This document shows, in pieces, positions 13,676-25,255 of a stretch of 34,562 bases of DNA. The position numbers and the translations under genes are program-made. Position 1 is the stretch's first letter. Every line of letters starts with the position of its first letter. This DNA is from Octopus sinensis (taxonomy: Eukaryota), in NCBI RefSeq assembly GCF_006345805.1, contig NW_021831670.1, positions 1 through 34,562 of the forward strand, in the 5' to 3' direction. Below the pieces are notes generated by a model. It was not told where the DNA came from, searched no databases, and saw only the letters and a program-made list of their open reading frames with translations.

Positions 13676-14494
13676 TATAGATGGAGGAAAGGGTTAAGAG
13701 AGGAGAGAAAGATTGCAGTTGTGAACAGTGATGTTTATTGTTAGTGTTAGTAATAAAGGATTAGATTGTGAATGCTTTGACAATTGTAAAGGTGGAGCCG
13801 GTGTTGGCGATGGGGTACGTGGCGATGTTGCTTTTGGAAACGGTGGTGGTTTTTAGTTAGGCTAGAGATGGAAGCGTTGGTCACAGTTATCCATGTGATG
13901 AAGGGTGGAGGAAGAATTGTAAAAAGTAAATGGTTATGTAGGTTGGGATGGTTTTGGCGTCAGCGATGGTGTTGGTTTTGTTGTTGGTGTTGTTGCTGGT
14001 GGTGGTGGTGGTGGTAGTGGTGGTGGTAGTGGTGTTGATTGCGATGGCTGTGCAGGTCATTGTGAGGTGATGAGATGGTCGGGATAGTTGTGAGGATGAT
14101 GATGGCGTTGAAGGCACGGCGGTGACAATGGTAAGAATGATGACAACAAGGATATATAAATATGTGTGTGAATGTATGTATATATACACAAACATATCAT
14201 ATATATGTGTGTGTTTTTTTTTAATATATATATATATATATACATACATACATGTATATATGTTAAGATATATATATATATATATATATACATGTAAATA
14301 TGTAAAGATATATATATATATATATATATAATATGTATATACATACGTACATATATGTATATATATATCTTTATATGTGTATATATATGTATATATATAT
14401 GTATATATACACATACGTACTTATATGTGTATATGCATATATATACATATGTATGTGCATATTTATGTATAATGTATATATACATATATACATA

Positions 14495-14535
<41 letters not shown>

Positions 14536-14923
14536 TTGTATGCATGTATGTTGGTATTAGTATCTCCGTTTATATATATATATATATACAAACGTACACA
14601 TATTGGTATGCATATATATGTACATATACATATGCATATTTTCCTTATGAATATTTCAACACACACACACACAAATAGGCATATATACATTCTTATTCAC
14701 AGCAACAAACACTAAAACAAACACGTCACGTGCCAAACTTATTATATTCCTCATTCTTTCATCGTTTCTACTTTCTTTTTTTCCCTTTCTTTTCTTTCAT
14801 TCTATATTCCTTCTTCTTCTTCTTCCCTGTATGTCTTTCTTTCCTTGTGTTAGAGGATATATCGAGTGGAAGGAGTATCGCAAAATATATAGCAGAAACA
14901 ACAACAACACGAATAACAATAAC

Positions 14924-14986
<63 letters not shown>
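14924..14986. repeat. (AAT)n microsatellite
   Basis: Direct reading. Confidence 0.95.
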
Positions 14987-14988
<2 letters not shown>

Positions 14989-15121
14989 CAATAATGTGAA
15001 TAATACAATGAAAAGCAACAAAATAATATAAGACGAATATTTAACAAAAGAATAATAATCTAAAATATAAAATATTGCAAAAATTATAAAATGAAACCTA
15101 TATATATATATATATATATTA

Positions 15122-15544
15122 CATGGCAAAACTACGTTTCTTTTGTAATACAATAATTTTAACAGAGGCAGATATAAAATTTAATGCAAAATTTTGAACG
15201 GGTCGGGGGAGGAGGCGCTTGGAATTATTAGGATCCACGCCATCTTAGTATTCCAATAATATCCATTTCCACACATACGTATACAAATATGAATATATAC
15301 ATACAAACATATATATATAATATATTATATTATATATATATATTATATATATATATATACATGGCAAAACTACGTTTCTTTTGTAATACAATAATTTCTA
15401 ACAGGCAGATATAAAATTTAATGCAAAATTTTGAACGGGTCGGGGGAGGAGGCGCTTGGAATGATTAGGATCCACGCCATCTTAGTATTCCAATAATACT
15501 CCATTTCCACACAACGTATACAAATATGATATATACATACAAAC

Positions 15545-15560
<16 letters not shown>
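15122..15560. repeat. Tandem duplication of a ~238-bp unique unit, separated by (TA)n
   Basis: catggcaaaactacg...ggtcgggggaggaggcgc...cgccatctt...atacaaacat starts at both 15122 and 15360. The copies differ by a few small indels and substitutions. Confidence 0.95.
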
Positions 15561-15594
<34 letters not shown>

Positions 15595-15598
15595 GTGG

Positions 15599-15634
<36 letters not shown>

Positions 15635-15996
15635 TATTGTTATATGTATATAAATGCACTTATAATCAGATATGTACAAACACACACATGTTTTCACGTA
15701 TTCATTACATACACACGTATACATACATGTGTGTGTGTACGTGCGCACTGTGTTCGAATGTGTACAGAATAATGTCGTATAAGGGTATATTAAATATAAT
15801 ATAATATAATTCTTGCATTGATGCAATGATCTCTGTTTTAGAGAAAGTAAAAAGAAAATCGCAGAGGAACATACGACAATCTCAGAAATCAAGAAATTGT
15901 TCTTTATTTTGGCTTTATGGAACCAACATTGATTGTCTGAAGATAAATGTATAGACACGGTTTGCCTATCTTATCTGGTGTATACGATTAGTTAGT

Positions 15997-16049
<53 letters not shown>

Positions 16050-16063
16050 AAAGTAGTAGTAGT
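15997..16063. repeat. (TAG)n microsatellite
   Basis: Direct reading. Confidence 0.95.
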
Positions 16064-16067
16064 ATGG

Positions 16068-16131
16068 GCGCATGCGCTGTTTTCCATTCTTTTTCCGTTT
16101 GCACCACTCAAGCAACATACCTTCAACCAAT
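16068..16131. promoter_or_regulatory. Putative promoter motif cluster: NRF1-type palindrome plus CCAAT box
   Basis: GCGCATGCGC at 16068-16077 matches the core of the NRF1/EWG site. AACCAATGG (CCAAT at 16127-16131) matches an NF-Y site. Motif match only. Confidence 0.4.
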
Positions 16132-16181
16132 GGTTCGATTTGGGCTGTCGTTGAGTGTAGGAATTTTACGAGATCGGAGTG

Positions 16182-16397
16182 AAAATTGAAACCTCGCTCA
16201 TTCTCATTTAGTCGTCTTTTACGCCACGCAGAGGTCACGTTAGGTCAATTCTTTTGATATGTGTGTCTCTATACAGCGTTTGAGCAATGTAAAATGAAAT
16301 TTTTTTTTTTTTTTTTCTCAAGAACACAACACGCCTCCCGGTCCAGGAATCGAAGACGCGTTTGCCAGATCGTGAATGAAATATTGTGACAATTAGG
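16182..16397 (-). repeat. Left arm of a ~210-bp inverted repeat (decayed family C SINE head plus ~95 bp of unrelated sequence)
   Basis: Its reverse complement matches 20064-20271 with ~12 substitutions by eye and one poly-A length difference. It contains ttcgattcctggaccggg..gttgtgttcttgag as in 29118-29378. Confidence 0.95.
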
Positions 16398-16977
16398 CAA
16401 CGCACCTACACCAGAAACACGTATTGGGGGAAAATAATGTTAAAACGGTCATGACACAGAATTTGCATAAATGAAAGAATAAGAACAGCCAAGGGGAATA
16501 ATTCACTGACCATTGATAAGTATTTGAACAACGAAAATGGAAAATGGTGCATCAAGTAACATACGAAATATATTCTCTAATTCAATACAAGACAGTACAG
16601 CCGAGTGCGACTCCACTGATATTAGCGCATAAAAAGTTACGTAACTGTGAAAGGATTTAATTAGGTCTCTACATTAGTATGTTACTTTTGGGTTCCCCCA
16701 GCACGTGTTCGATCATATTTCAATTTTATACGTTCCTTTACAGGTTATTACCCGTTGCTTTCTTTTACTTTTTGTATGTTTTTTTTTCTTGCCTTGCTCT
16801 TATACGTCACAAATATGTGCCTACGTGTGCATGGGACACACACAAATAAACTGATTTATTGCGAGATAGGTCGAGAAATAGATCGATAGATACAGATATA
16901 TAGATAACTGATAATAAAGACACGTGACGAAGATAAATATATATATATATATATATGTGTGTGCATGTGTATATGTA

Positions 16978-17028
<51 letters not shown>

Positions 17029-17072
17029 ATGTATGTATATATGTATGTATTATGTATGTATATATCTATATA

Positions 17073-17109
<37 letters not shown>

Positions 17110-17158
17110 CTCGTCACATGCGTCTCTATTTCCATGCAACATACATAACACACATGTA

Positions 17159-17209
<51 letters not shown>

Positions 17210-18114
17210 ATACACACACACACACTCAAAGACACACACACACACATAATAGTATACTTTTTTGGGGATTTTTGTGTTATTTCCAGATTGTATCACCCCT
17301 ATCTTTCATTCATTCACCGTTTCGATATTTTCTGTTGCTTTATACAATTATTTTTTTCATTCTTTCATTTACCCAATTATTTTATTCATTAATAATTTAA
17401 TTCCCTCATTCTTTCATTCTCTAACGATTTCATTCAATCACTCAGGTGTTACTGGTGCAATCTGTAATTTATTCATTAACGCGTTTTAATTTATACATTG
17501 AATAAATACATTTTCACTTATTCGTTGTTTTATTTTTTATTAATTAATCATATTGATTCCTTTAATTATATATTGTTTCATTTTTTAGCCCACTAATATT
17601 CTTCTTATTTTAATTGCTTTTTTTAATTTTAAATTACGTTTTCTTATGTCCTTTTGCAATTTCAATTTATAACGATGGAAATTATTTTCGTTCCGTTAAT
17701 TCGTTAATATTTGTTTTCATTTGCTTAATCAAGAGAAAGGAGTAATAACTATGGTTTTGGTTGGCCCTTCTTGACGAAAACTCCCGATTCCCTTAATTGT
17801 ACTGTAGGGTGTTACAAGTTCACGTTTACAGAAATGACACGAGCAGCGAGAAGAATCCAGAGAGTTGACCTTGTATGGTGCAAGAGTTGAGTTTAGAAGG
17901 GCTTCACCTAAGATTCGTCATGAAAATGATAGCGGCTAGCGAAGCAAGAATTCCTGAAGAAAGGTGGCTCCAGTTCGGTCACATCAAAGGTACAGCGGCC
18001 ATTACAGTATCTGAAGAGAAAGCAGAGAAAGGAGACAGCATGTCTTAGTGACAAGTGCCTGACAGAATCTCTAAGACACGTCATAACAATGAGTCACGTC
18101 ATATTTCTTTGTCA

Positions 18115-18585
18115 TTCATTCGATTGTATATGATGCTTTTAAATTCATTTTCTCAATAAATTCAGCTCTTTCTCTTCTTCGATTTCATTCTTTTTTTTTA
18201 AAGTAAACCCTTTTTTATTATTATTCTTTCATTCACTTAATTTTTTGACCAATCATCAACTCACTCATTTCATTTGCAAATTTATCCTTTGAATGAAATT
18301 TTTCCTTCTTATCTTTTCATTCATCTTGGTAATCTTTCATTTACAAGTTCATTCGATTGTATATGATGCTTTTAAATTCATTTTCTCAATAAATTCAGCT
18401 CTTTCTCTTCTTTGATTTCATTCTTTTTTTTTTAAAGTAAACCTTTTTTTTTATCATTCTTTCATTCACTTAATTTTTTGACCAATCATCAAATCACTCA
18501 TTTCATTTGCAAATTTATCCTTTGAATGAAATTTTTCCTTCTTATCTTTTCATTCATCTTGGTAATCTTTCATTTACAAGTTCAT
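18115..18585. repeat. Head-to-tail tandem duplication, 233-bp unit (2 copies plus 5 nt)
   Basis: ttcattcgattgtatatgatgc starts at 18115 and 18348, and ttcat restarts at 18581. The copies are near-identical. Confidence 0.95.
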
Positions 18586-19161
18586 CTATACTTTCATTCC
18601 ATACTTTCATTCGTTACATATGTAAAATATAAATTTATACAGTCGCTCATTCTCTCGTTCATAATGATTCTATTCTTCATCAGTCATCGATTTTTATTCT
18701 ATTTGTGATCCATTCAATCATTCTCTTTCTCCTTTCCCTCTTTAGTGGTCATTCCTACAATCGATACACTTCCCAATTATCAATTGATTCAGGCTGGTGA
18801 AGGAAGTGTTGGTCATAGCTAAGATTTCTAAGATTCTCTGTAACCCTCCATCATTTCATTCAATCTTCAACCATATTCAACTTTTACTCCTACTTTTTCT
18901 CTTTCGTCTCCCAACTAGTCCCTGATATATGCATCAACATAGATGTTCTTTCTTCTTTTTAAGCGCACGAACATTCCTTTACTTCTCTCGAGGATTATAT
19001 TGCCCCGTAGAATATCATCCCATAAACTTCATCTTTCCCATGCGCCATTTATATTACTATTATTTATTTCTCATCCACTTTCTGCTGGACCTTTTCTTCC
19101 TTTCTATTCTGAGGAAGGATTAACACCAGAAAAGTTGATAACTTTTGATAAAAGTTGATAG

Positions 19162-19441
19162 TGGTTCCGGGTTCAGTCCCACTGCGTGGCATCTTGGGCA
19201 AGTGTCTTCTGCTATAGCCCCGGGCTGACCAATGCCTTGTGAGTGGATTTGGTAGACGGAAACTGAAAGAAGCCTGTCGTATATATGTATATATATATAA
19301 GTGTGTGTGTATATGTTTGTGTGTCTGTGTTTGTCCCCCTAGCATTGCTTGACAACCGATGCTGGTGTGTTTACGTCCCCGTCACTTAGCGATTCAGCAA
19401 AAGAAACCGATAGAATAAGTACTGGGCTTACAAAGAATAAG
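19162..19441 (+). mobile_element. SINE family A, truncated at both ends
   Basis: tggttccgggttcagtcccactgcgtggca..gagtggatttggtagacggaaactgaaagaagcc, an internal TA/TG run, then gcttgacaaccgatgctgg..ggcttacaaagaataag. Colinear with 24198-24710 and 31466-31828. Confidence 0.9.
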
Positions 19442-19611
19442 CTTGTGTTTATCTTCTAGTGGTTGTTTGTAAGCATGTAAGAGCATCTATATTTGTACAT
19501 ATGCACATATGTTTATGTGTAAATGTGTGTGCGTGTGTGTGTGTATGGGGGATGTTGATGTTATAATTTAAATGGTGCACGAACTCCCGAACAACACTAC
19601 ATTGTTTGCAG

Positions 19612-19717
19612 GCTAAATGTTGAAATGTTGAAGCTTAATGTGGCACAATTTACATCATCCTCTTGCTAAACCTGAAAGTTTCGTGTTAGTGATATTAGGT
19701 TTGACTCCACTCATCAG
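19612..19717 (+). other. Candidate 106-nt exon (possibly non-coding or carrying a start codon)
   Basis: ttgtttgcag|GCTAAATG...CTCATCAG|gtaaat. All three frames contain a stop. An internal ATG opens MWHNLHHPLAKPESFVLVILGLTPLI to the donor. Signals only. Confidence 0.3.
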
Positions 19718-20063
19718 GTAAATTCTTTGCTGTTTGTATATATGTGTAATATTATGGACAGTACGTCTATAGAACTGCCTGCGTATTTCAGTTTGCCTTA
19801 TATGTAACAGCCGCAAATTTAACTTTACGCAGTTGAAAGACAAGAGTTTATTGATAATCCTTTATTGTTGTATAGAAAAATAAATGAAGTATGTAAGCTA
19901 TCCCTTCACACACAACTACAGACATACACGCACGCTCACAAAAACTCACACGCACGTACACACGCAACCCTACTCCACAGATATATAGTTGTATACACAG
20001 GGAAATAGCTTCTTTCGAATGTCATGTGAAACACACGGCTCTGTGAAACACACTGAAAAGCAT

Positions 20064-20271
20064 CCTAATTGTCACAATATTTCATTCACGATCTGGCAAA
20101 CATGTGTTCGATTCCTGGACCGGGAGGCGTGTTGTGTTCTTGAGAAAAAAAACATTCATTTTACGTTACTCAAAAGCTGTATAGAGACCGACATATCAAA
20201 AGAATTGACCTAACGTGACATTTGCGTGGCGTAAAAGACGACTAAATGAGAATGAGCGAGGTTTCAATTTT
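20064..20271 (+). repeat. Right arm of the ~210-bp inverted repeat
   Basis: cctaattgtcacaatatttcattcacgatctggcaaac...gagcgaggtttcaatttt is the reverse complement of 16182-16397. Confidence 0.95.
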
Positions 20272-20649
20272 ACGGAATTTCAGTACTTGGAGGAGAGCAT
20301 AGTGTAATCCCATAGTCATCACAACTTTCTCATCCACTTCGGGTCGTTGTGGCATTATTTTTTTAGGACCAGGTTTATGGGTCAGTCACACAGAAGAATG
20401 ACTCAAATGAGGGCTGGTTCGCAGGTTTGTGTCATGCAAATTTATTGCCGTGTGGGGTGTTTTTAGATTTCGTACGATAGTTATTCGAAATGAGAATTAA
20501 ATAGACCCTGAAATGTTAGGGTCCGGAGAGCATGAAACTAGCTGAGCAGACTGTAAATAAAATGGGAAAATAAAAGGGGTAAAACCGAGCTATTCCATTA
20601 CAAAATAAAACAAACTAAATGTGAATTTTAAAAATATATCATCAGAGCC

Positions 20650-20704
<55 letters not shown>

Positions 20705-21737
20705 CACACACACGCATACACGCACACACGTGTACACACGTGTACACACGCACGAACAAACACACACACACGCACACACACACATATATACAATTACATT
20801 TCTATGTATGTCTACATGCAAAACCACACGTATACATATAAGTTCTTAATTGTGAAGTTGGGGTTTTTTCTCGTGACTTGAGTTTCACGCTACTGCGATC
20901 TTTAGGCGAATTTCCTGAGGATCTGGAGTGGCGCGAAGGTTGAGTTGCAAGACACGCTCTCATCTTCTGTGTTAATAAAACACACATCATATGTCTTGAG
21001 CATTCCTTTCTCATTCATCCAATATTAAATAACGCATATATGTGTGTGTATGGTGTGAAACTGTGTATTAGCAATTGGTTGACAACTAATGAAGAATAAG
21101 GAACTTCTGCGTTTGTCTTTCGTCCGGTTTTGCGCTTAGTATACGTTGTGATGTATGTTTACTTATCATACATTTTTTTCATTTATTAAGTAATGGAACG
21201 CAGCACACACCAAATTTATCAGCCGAAATTGCGAGGATGATCCGGTTCTTGACTGAAGATAAAAGGCTTCGAATGAACTGTCCTTGTTTTCTTGTATCGT
21301 CTATCTGGATGTTTTGTTGTCCCTTTTTGTGTCACCTGGTTGTCCGGATGTTTTGCGTTCTTGTCCCATTTTGTACTTTATTATACACAAACACACACAC
21401 ACACACACACATACACACACACACACTCACACACACATATACACACACACACACATATATATATACATATATATCACACACACATATACTCACACTCACA
21501 CATATACACACATATTTTGATATATATGATTGTCTGTTGCTTTCGATTACGGATGAGTCAACTGGAGAAAGATTGTCGTATATAATACTATGAGTGAAAT
21601 ATCGTTTTCACGTGTAAAAAACATAATTTTGTGATTTTCTATTTTGTGTATTGAGTGATGTGGAGTTACGTCCCTTGATGTGAGAAATAGGTCATAGTAC
21701 TTGACGTCATGTTACTTCTTTAAAGTCTAATAAAATA

Positions 21738-21872
21738 TGGGGTAAATTCAAATTTGTGCGACTGATAACGGTCGATAAAATAAACATTGGACGATATATT
21801 GAGGTCAATGTAATCGCCTCCTACAAACCAAACGAGGACTATCCAATGCGGAAAACCAACGCAGGAATAAAA
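21738..21872 (+). mobile_element. Very degenerate SINE family B remnant
   Basis: aaattcaaat..ggtcgataaaataaac..gaggtcaatgtaatcg follows family B motif order. Confidence 0.45.
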
Positions 21873-22234
21873 GTATACGTGTTCATATGTATGTATGCAT
21901 GGATGTATGAATATATATATATATACACATATAATTATATATGTATATATGTATATATATATATAATTATATATGCATAGATATATATATATATATATAT
22001 ATGACAATATAATATGTATATGATTACACGCACACATGTATGTATATGTACTCATGCACGTCTATACATACATAGATACATACATATCTAAGTACATATC
22101 TACACATATATACATACCTACATACATACATACATATATATATATATATATCTGCATACATAAATACATGCAAACATACCTACATGCATATATACATACA
22201 AATATATACATACGTACGTACATACATACATACA

Positions 22235-22266
<32 letters not shown>

Positions 22267-22717
22267 GAGAGGCATGTATCCGTATATATATTTTTTTCAT
22301 TGAGGAGATCTGGGTTGGTTTTTGAAGCCCGAAAAAAAACCCACCCACAAAAGGAAAATCAACGGGAAACTCACACACACACACACACTTACACATATAC
22401 ACACACATACGTACATATATACATATATACATACGTACATGCATTCATACATGTTGGGGCAAAAAGAAGGAAGAGTGACGTTATGATGGGGGTGGTTGTT
22501 CGGTGGCGGTGGCGCGGTTGGGATGTGTCATCAGTGAGTTTTAGAGTTTAGAGTGTCACGAATACTTTTTGCGTTTGTTGTTGTATCATTCCATATACAT
22601 AATACACACAAAACACACACACACATAATATATATATACAGACATATACTATAGATTATATTCACAGCATACACACACACACACACCACACACACAATAT
22701 AATATATATATATATAA

Positions 22718-22767
<50 letters not shown>

Positions 22768-23344
22768 ATGTGCATATTTATTTCTTTGTTTGTATATTCA
22801 TTTATTATTAAAGGCCTGATGACTCCTCTATAAGGAGTAAAAATGGAAGGAGTCGGGGCGTCGTTTCTATTGAAAAAGGAACGAATGAATGCTAAGAATG
22901 CGTATTGTTCCGTGGAAACAGGAATGTTTTGAATAGAGATTTTTAGCGGGCCGCGATGGAAGAGGGCTGTGGTGAGCTACGGTGGACTGAATGAATGACT
23001 GAATCCATGTTATTGATCGATCTTGCTATACCGCTCTGTCTCTCTCTCTCTCCTTCTCTTATTCGTTCTAGATTTCTTTCTCTTTCTCTAACATTACTCT
23101 CTTTATGCTGTCTACCTTTATTTCTCACTCTCTTTATCATTGTCTCTCTTTCGCTCTCTCGCTCTCTCTCTCTCACTCTGTCACACATCTCTCCCACCCT
23201 CTCTCACACACACACGTTTAATGTATAATGAAGAATTCTACGTGGACGCCGATGAAGCTGCGTTTTCTGGTTAGTGCCAATGCGAGAATATTGTCAACAG
23301 ACGGTACGCGTGCGCGCGTCCGTGTATGTATGTGTGTGTACGTA

Positions 23345-23735
23345 CGTGTGTCTTCGTGAGTGTGTGTATGTGTGTGTGTGTGCGTGTGTCTTTGTGAGTG
23401 TGTGTATGTGTGTGTGTGTGCGTGTGTCTTGTGAGTGTGTTGATGTGTGTGTGTGTGTGTGTGTCTATGTGAGTGTGTGTATGTGTGTGTGTGCGTGTGT
23501 CTATGTGAGTGTGTGTATGTGTGTGTGTGTGCGTGTGTCTATGTGAGTGTGTGTATGTGTGTGTGTGTGCGTGTGTCTTTGTGAGTGTGTGTATGTGTGT
23601 GTGTGTGCGTGTGTCTATGTGAGTGTGTGTATGTGTGTGTGTGTGCGTGTGTCTATGTGAGTGTGTGTATGTGTGTGTACGTACGTGTGTCTTCGTGAGT
23701 GTGTGTGCGTGTGTCTTTGTGAGTGTGTGTATGTG
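23345..23735. repeat. Minisatellite of ~10 units of 36-38 bp derived from (GT)n
   Basis: Unit gtgtgtc(ta/tt)tgtgagtgtgtgtatgtgtgtgtgt(gt)gc. gtgagt recurs at 23469, 23505, 23543, 23581, 23619 and 23657. Confidence 0.9.
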
Positions 23736-23950
23736 TGTGTGTGTGTGTGTGTGAGAGTGTGTGTGTGTCATTTGGCCATGTATGATCGTGTGTATGAGTT
23801 TACTAGATTGGTCATATATATATGCGTCTGTGTGTATATCTGTGTAGGTGTGAGTGTGTGCATGTGTGAGCTCGTTGTGTGTGTGTGTGCACGTGTATAT
23901 ATGTGTACTCTTGTATGTGTGAGGTCGTTGGGTGTGTGAACGTGTATATA

Positions 23951-24150
23951 TGGCTGTGTGGTAAGTGGCTTGTTTACCAACCACATGGTTCCGGGTTCAG
24001 TCCCACTGTGTGGCACCTTGGGCAATTGTTTTCTACTATAGCGTCGGGCCGACCAAAGCCTTGTGAGTGGATTTGGTAGACGGAAACTGAAAGAAGCCCG
24101 TCATATATATGTATATATATGTATGCGTGTGTGTGTTTGTGTGTATGTGT
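23951..24150 (+). mobile_element. SINE family A, 5' part (3' tail missing)
   Basis: tggctgtgtggtaag..ccacatggttccgggttcagtccc..ggcaccttgggcaa..gtagacggaaactgaaagaagcccgtc, then a TA/TG run. Confidence 0.9.
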
Positions 24151-24197
24151 TTGTACTGATGCGTTGATGTGTGTGTATATGTGTGTGTAGTGGTATC

Positions 24198-24449
24198 TTA
24201 TTCTTTTATTCTTTTACGTGCTTCAGTCATTTGACTGTGGCCATGCTGGAGCACCGCTTTTAGTTAAATCAAATCGATTCCAGGACTTATTCTTTGTAAG
24301 CCTAATACTTATTCTATTGGTCTCTTTTGCCGAACCGCTAAGTGACGGGGATCTAGACACACCAGTAACTGTTGTCAAGCGATGGTGGGAGGTGAAACAC
24401 AGACACAATCATATAGACACACATACATACATACACACACCACACACAT

Positions 24450-24497
<48 letters not shown>

Positions 24498-24503
24498 TAT
24501 GTA

Positions 24504-24555
<52 letters not shown>

Positions 24556-24710
24556 TATATACGACGAGCTTTTTTTCAGTTTCCGTCTACTAAATCCATT
24601 CACAAGGCTTTGGTCGGCCCGAGGCTATAGTAGAAGACAGTTGCCTAAGGTGCCACTGAACCCGGAACAATGTGGTTGGTAAGCAAGCTACTTACCACAC
24701 AGCCACTCCT
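24198..24710 (-). mobile_element. SINE family A, near full length with an expanded internal microsatellite
   Basis: Head aggagtggctgtgtggtaagtagc at 24710. Tail ..gctccagcatggccacagtcaaatgactgaa..aaaagaataaaagaat at ~24198. Confidence 0.92.
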
Positions 24711-25255
24711 GTGCATTTATCTGTGGTCGTGTGTGTGTATATATGTGTGTGGTCTTTGAATATGTATGTTTGAATAGGCATACTGCATTTGGTTTTGTTT
24801 AACCCTCAATCCATTTACTGGATAAAGTTTATGACAAATGACACTCTTGCTTTTCCAAATAAGCAGTCTAGGACATAAAGTGGAATATTATTCTGAGTTT
24901 CGTTTTCTCTAAGACTATACAGAAGTTTTACTTCTATTTCTAGCGGGTTTAGCGACCACGTGGTTACACGATATTTTTTTGTATTTTGTGATTGTATTTG
25001 TGTGTGTGTTTGTGTGTGTTTGAGTGTATGTATGAAAGTGTGTATGCGTTAATGTGTATGTATGAAGTTGTGTGTGAATGTGTTTATGTGTGAGCGAGGT
25101 TGTGTGAGGTTGAGTATGTATTAATATTTCACTGTATGAATGTGTGTGAATGAGGTTGAATATGTCTACTGTTCTACTCAATATTTGTGACAAAAACAAC
25201 AACAGCAACTCAAGTTTAACATACAAACGACAACAATAGTTACATTTGCCGAAAA

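Noticed and set aside
13887-14120. His/Thr-rich low-complexity reading on the minus strand (similar at 2200-2400)
   Set aside because: Cryptic (CAC/CAT/CAA) simple sequence with stops in the His frame and no splice boundaries.
16461-20441. Octamer motifs (ATTTGCAT at 16461, ATGCAAAT at 20434) as snRNA distal elements
   Set aside because: No snRNA-like sequence was recognised nearby, and the 8-mer is expected by chance in AT-rich DNA.
23345-23735. CRISPR-like regularly spaced repeats
   Set aside because: The units are adjacent with no unique spacers, are GT-derived, and lie in a eukaryotic context; this is a minisatellite.
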